In this document: one piece after another, positions 62,708 to 64,000 of the stretch
How the letters are laid out: the number at the start of each line of letters is the position of its first letter
How positions within the stretch are numbered: the stretch's first letter is position 1
NCBI GenBank assembly: GCA_902474885.1
Contig: CABRXF010000003.1
Location: 33,062-97,061, forward strand
Direction: 5' to 3'
DNA length: 64,000 nucleotides
Origin: an uncultured Collinsella sp.
GTDB taxonomy: Bacteria; Actinomycetota; Coriobacteriia; Coriobacteriales; Coriobacteriaceae
Notes under the pieces: generated by a model
What the model saw: only the letters and a program-made list of their open reading frames with translations
What the model was told of the DNA's origin: nothing
Database searches by the model: none
Position numbers and translations under genes: made by a program

Positions 62708-63787
62708 ATGAGCGCTCGCGTAACCATGAAGGACATAGCCGCCGAGCTTGGCGTTTCCATCAATACCGTGCATAAGGCCCTGACGGGTAAGGCCGGCGTG
62801 AGCGAATCCGTGCGCTCCAAGGTGAATGCTAAGGCCGAGGCCATGGGTTACCATCGCAATACGAGTGCCTCGAGCCTGCGCCGCAAGGATATCAACCTGG
62901 TGTTTTGCCTGCCCCGCGCATCGCGCGAGGGAGCGTACTTTTTCCGTTACCTGTGGGAAGGCTGCAACCGCTTTGAGCAGGAGGTCATCGACCGGGGCAT
63001 TACGGTTGAGCGTGTTGAATTTGGCGTGGGTGGCTACGCCGATGCGCTCGAGCAGATTGATGAGCGCCTGCAGGTAGGCGAGAAGATTGATGGCCTGCTT
63101 GCCTATGTTCCGAGCGATGACCGTGCGACCGAGCTTTTGAGGCAGATTGCCGAGGCGGGTGTGGCGATCGAGCTCGTCGATGGCGACCGACCGCACCTCG
63201 ATCGCCTGGGTGCCAGTCTGGCAGACTATTCCGCGGCGGGCAGTCTTATGGCAGAGCAGGCGGCAAACCTGGTTCACGCTTCTGGGGCTGACGCCCGCGT
63301 GCTCCTGTTGGCGGGCGACCCCTATACCGATTCACACTATCTGACCGCCCGCGCCTTTCACAATTACCTGCGCGAACACGATATTCCATGGCAAGTTGAG
63401 GACCTTGCCGGCGCCCATGCGCAAGTCAAACAGCTCGAGCGCGAGCTTGAGCAACGCTTGAGTGCGCCGGATGCTCCCGAGCTCATCTGTAGCGTTTTTG
63501 CCGTTGGTTCCGAGGTAGTCGCCAACGCGCTTGTTTCGAGCGGCAAGGCCGGCAAGGTCATGGTAATCGGCAACGACCTGTTCCCCGAGAGCGCCTTGGC
63601 CTTGCGCCGTGGCATCTTTACCAATATTGTCTATAAAGACCCGGTGAGCCTGGCCTACCGTGGCGCTAAGACTTTGGGCGAGTATTTGCTGTGGGGTAAA
63701 ACTCCGGCGGAGCCCGTGCAGAAGGGTGCTGTGGAGATGGTGTTTGCCAGTAACGTTGACCGTTACTGCAAGCTTGCGGGTATTTAG
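62708..63787 (+). CDS. LacI/GalR-family transcriptional regulator
   Basis: HTH TMKDIAAELGVSINTVHKAL and a periplasmic-binding-like effector domain. 359 aa. Confidence 0.8.
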   Translation: MSARVTMKDIAAELGVSINTVHKALTGKAGVSESVRSKVNAKAEAMGYHRNTSASSLRRKDINLVFCLPRASREGAYFFRYLWEGCNRFEQEVIDRGITVERVEFGVGGYADALEQIDERLQVGEKIDGLLAYVPSDDRATELLRQIAEAGVAIELVDGDRPHLDRLGASLADYSAAGSLMAEQAANLVHASGADARVLLLAGDPYTDSHYLTARAFHNYLREHDIPWQVEDLAGAHAQVKQLERELEQRLSAPDAPELICSVFAVGSEVVANALVSSGKAGKVMVIGNDLFPESALALRRGIFTNIVYKDPVSLAYRGAKTLGEYLLWGKTPAEPVQKGAVEMVFASNVDRYCKLAGI

Positions 63788-64000
63788 CTGTTTGGTCAGG
63801 TACCCCCTCTTGCGACGTGCATTTTTTGGAGTATTCAGCAATGGCGTGTCCCGAAAGAGGCTAGAACGACTGTTTTAAGTGCCGCCGATGGCGTATTTCG
63901 CCGTCGGCGGCACTTTTTATGCCGATCGGACGCAATATGCGCACCAAACGGGGCGCCGAGGACGGCGCGCGGCGCGCTTCGATGCTGAATACTCCCAAAA

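Overview
This is a high-GC (~60%) bacterial chromosomal segment. Its gene content looks Actinomycetota/Coriobacteriia-like (for example Collinsella or Olsenella), but that is inference only. Most of it is housekeeping, nearly all on the + strand: rsmI, metG, rsmA, a TatD nuclease, rlmH, proC, serS, hisS, ppc, aspS, serB and htpG.

Accessory content I can support:
- a TadE-like + DUF192 pair at the 5' edge and a BrnT/BrnA-like toxin-antitoxin pair
- a GH5 hydrolase and a D-Ala-D-Ala carboxypeptidase
- two OmpR-type two-component systems flanking an orphan pstB
- a CpsC/CpsD/CpsB tyrosine-kinase module, two tandem YhgE/Pip membrane proteins, and a GNAT acetyltransferase
- a partial lactate-racemase set: larA and larD on +, larB and a short larC next to a tetR gene on -
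- an E. coli-like ebgR-ebgA-ebgC-ygjI beta-galactosidase cassette with three palindromic LacI-type operators
- a solo HPr gene, feoA-feoA-feoB plus a FeoB-associated Cys-rich peptide, and a second LacI-family regulator

There are four tRNA genes (Phe-GAA, Leu-CAG, Arg-ACG, Ser-GCT).

The candidate for a new system is a ~4.3-kb islet lying between tRNA-Arg and tRNA-Ser. It encodes an 813-aa protein with no recognisable domain (TPR-like C-terminus) and an Orc1/Cdc6-like AAA+ ATPase with a winged-helix C-terminus. The ATPase gene is preceded by a phased TAAA repeat array.

Att-site-like signals:
- Both tRNA-Phe and tRNA-Arg carry a direct duplication of the tRNA 3' end plus its terminator, separated by a homologous ~110-125-bp insert.
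- All three of Phe, Arg and Ser are followed by an inverted copy of their own T-arm.

Intergenic repeat families:
- two copies of a ~220-bp element with ~30-bp terminal inverted repeats
- two homologous ~120-bp nested hairpins with TTCG tetraloops bracketing larA-larD
- a 3.5-unit tandem hairpin array after aspS
- a conserved ~47-nt motif found twice just after terminators

Every call rests on reading the ORF translations, motifs and repeats by eye. No database search was run.
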